From Callorhinchus milii (taxonomy: Eukaryota), in the NCBI RefSeq assembly GCF_018977255.1, contig NW_024704742.1:123754001-123818000 (forward strand): a DNA stretch of 64,000 nt, given 5' to 3'. Position 1 is the stretch's first letter, and each line of letters begins with the position of its first letter. The notes under the pieces were generated by a model. The model saw only the letters and a program-made list of their open reading frames with translations, made no database searches and was not told the DNA's origin. This document shows positions 63,301 to 64,000 of this stretch, in pieces. A program made the position numbers and the translations under genes.

Positions 63301-63718
63301 GCCAAATATTAATGAGATTGCAAGTTACATGAACATTGGCATCATTAAGCTGGTAAACCCATTTATCATTTGCAATCTACAGAAGCAGATTATATATACA
63401 GAAACCTTTTTACTGGAGTATTTTAATGCAGTGCATATTCATGGCCCCATTGCAATAGAGAGAACAAACAAACTCAATATAATGCACAGTCTGTGTGGCA
63501 GTGTTGCTATTGTCTGCAGTAAATGAAAAGGCTCAATGTGAAAATGCAAGCAATAGTATGTGGATAGGTCAGTACACTTTTTATATCTAGTTATATACAT
63601 AGGTTATCGACCTTACAAATGCTTTACTCGATCTATTAATTTATTGTTATCTCTCCTTTCAGATGACCAAATAATACAGACCATTGTGCAACTGATCCAA
63701 ACTGAGCACACTAATTGA
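29950..63718 (+). CDS. DHX29: ATP-dependent RNA helicase DHX29 (DExH box, translation initiation); 27 coding exons, about 1367 aa
   Basis: Exons: 29950-30109, 30804-30877, 32274-32387, 33217-33346, 34078-34232, 34941-35072, 36515-36641, 37698-37862, 42519-42681, 44538-44661, 45297-45881, 46487-46630, 47036-47212, 48022-48165, 49838-49982, 50240-50360, 51451-51535, 51734-51822, 55806-55934, 56093-56168, 56573-56797, 57634-57770, 57987-58077, 58310-58636, 59578-59709, 62596-62692, 63663-63718 (4104 nt). DHX29-type segments: MGGK start, [46 protein letters not shown]. Intact helicase motifs: [46 protein letters not shown]. Confidence 0.95.
30436..30736 (-). mobile_element. SINE of the 23500 family, 5'-truncated
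   Basis: Reverse complement of the tail and core (AATCCTTGCATTTGATA...GCAGCCAATTGCGCACAGC...GTGTGGAGTAAGGAAACTTGCC). Confidence 0.8.
35150..35465 (+). mobile_element. L2 internal fragment
   Basis: [22 protein letters not shown]...TTCCLEPFP, homologous to the 39400-39700 region. Confidence 0.7.
36015..36255 (-). mobile_element. SINE of the 23500 family, followed by (CA)16 at about 36275-36306
   Basis: Reverse complement of the tail and core. Confidence 0.8.
38040..41215 (+). mobile_element. Near full-length, frameshifted L2 LINE ORF2 (APE endonuclease + RT) in DHX29 intron 8
   Basis: Endonuclease motifs [33 protein letters not shown] motifs [30 protein letters not shown]2 tail present. Confidence 0.92.
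41435..41985 (-). mobile_element. CR1 LINE 3' fragment
   Basis: Minus-strand [47 protein letters not shown]...[14 protein letters not shown]. Confidence 0.92.
42834..43113 (+). mobile_element. tRNA-derived SINE, older subfamily
   Basis: CCTGTAGCTTAGTGGTTAGAGC head, GGTTCGATTCCC B box, shared core. Confidence 0.8.
43982..44347 (+). mobile_element. tRNA-derived SINE, older subfamily
   Basis: Same head, core and tail as the other copies, more diverged. Confidence 0.8.
50632..51300. mobile_element. Second copy of the Tigger/pogo-like element
   Basis: Starts TA|CAGTGGAAGCTGG. Shares GTTAAAGTTAAAATACTCTCACAGAATTCAGTAAAAT and CTGATTGACAGCCCAACTCCAGCTGCTTGTGAATGGCTGGA with the 21306 copy. Right end uncertain. 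Confidence 0.65.
51830..54368 (+). mobile_element. Young L2 LINE (partial endonuclease, internal deletion, RT, 3' tail) in DHX29 intron 18
   Basis: [47 protein letters not shown], (TTG)n tail. Confidence 0.93.
54555..54770 (+). mobile_element. L2 3' fragment
   Basis: CTCAAGACCCTCCTCTTCGACCGTGC followed by the L2 tail. Confidence 0.8.
56990..57460 (+). mobile_element. Old CR1 fragment
   Basis: Degenerate similarity to the CR1 3' region (AGCTATGAGGA..., TTTAAGATAATGAAA, tail CCTGTTTTCCTATG). Confidence 0.6.
59745..60313 (+). mobile_element. Young L2 3' fragment
   Basis: Nearly identical to about 53795-54365; open frame [29 protein letters not shown]. Confidence 0.92.
60382..60699 (+). mobile_element. 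Full-length tRNA-derived SINE nested inside an antisense SINE (about 60340-60381 and 60700-60795)
   Basis: Complete head-to-(TTA)n copy. The flanks join into the reverse complement of a SINE tail and core. Confidence 0.85.
61080..62205 (+). mobile_element. L2 LINE RT/3' fragment of a different subfamily
   Basis: [45 protein letters not shown]2-type tail. Confidence 0.88.
62400..62562 (+). mobile_element. L2 3' tail fragment just upstream of the DHX29 exon 26 acceptor
   Basis: CCAGCGCCTTGGGATGACCTCCTGAAGTGTAAGGTGCTATACAAATGTAATTTGTTGTTG. Confidence 0.75.
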
Positions 63719-63879
63719 AAATTTCCTGCCATGCAACATTTCTGTAGAAATGGCAAATAATGTATGCTGGTTATTTTTAAATGTGCATTGGGCACAGAGT
63801 TATACTTGGTTAATTGATGAATGGAATATTGTGATTTTGTTTCTTAGTTATTTTAAAAACAAAATGATGCCTGATTATC

Positions 63880-63885
63880 AATAAA
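63880..63885 (+). terminator. Candidate DHX29 polyadenylation signal
   Basis: AATAAA about 160 nt after the stop codon, followed by GT-rich sequence. Confidence 0.5.
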
Positions 63886-64000
63886 TGTGTTCTTGATCAT
63901 CTAATTGTGGGCATTTATCTGTTACCCATGTACCGAAACAATGAATGTTCATAAAGGTATATGGTGAAGGCGCGCCTATGTAATCTATCAACTTTACTAT

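Overview
Vertebrate genomic DNA, not prokaryotic. The L2/CR1 LINE and Deu-type SINE repertoire suggests a cartilaginous fish, possibly a chimaera (inference). Two spliced + strand genes were reconstructed by hand from GT-AG sites and reading-frame phases. (1) A HELZ2-like gene (12 coding exons, 7814-26086, about 1590 aa) encodes an RNase II/RNB exoribonuclease domain with a complete catalytic Asp set followed by one UPF1-like SF1B helicase domain. (2) A complete DHX29 (27 coding exons, 29950-63718, about 1367 aa). The main observation concerns the HELZ2-like gene. Its ORF and splice sites are intact, it lacks the N-terminal zinc-finger and first-helicase half of canonical HELZ2, and its remaining helicase has substitutions in essentially every ATP-binding and hydrolysis motif while keeping the RNA-contacting motifs. 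It is therefore a candidate 'active nuclease + pseudo-helicase' paralog. It sits directly upstream of DHX29, where human has MTREX head-to-head. The rest of the window is L2 and CR1 LINE fragments, tRNA-derived SINEs sharing the L2 3' tail, a Tigger-like MITE, a minisatellite and microsatellites. Repeat boundaries are approximate.
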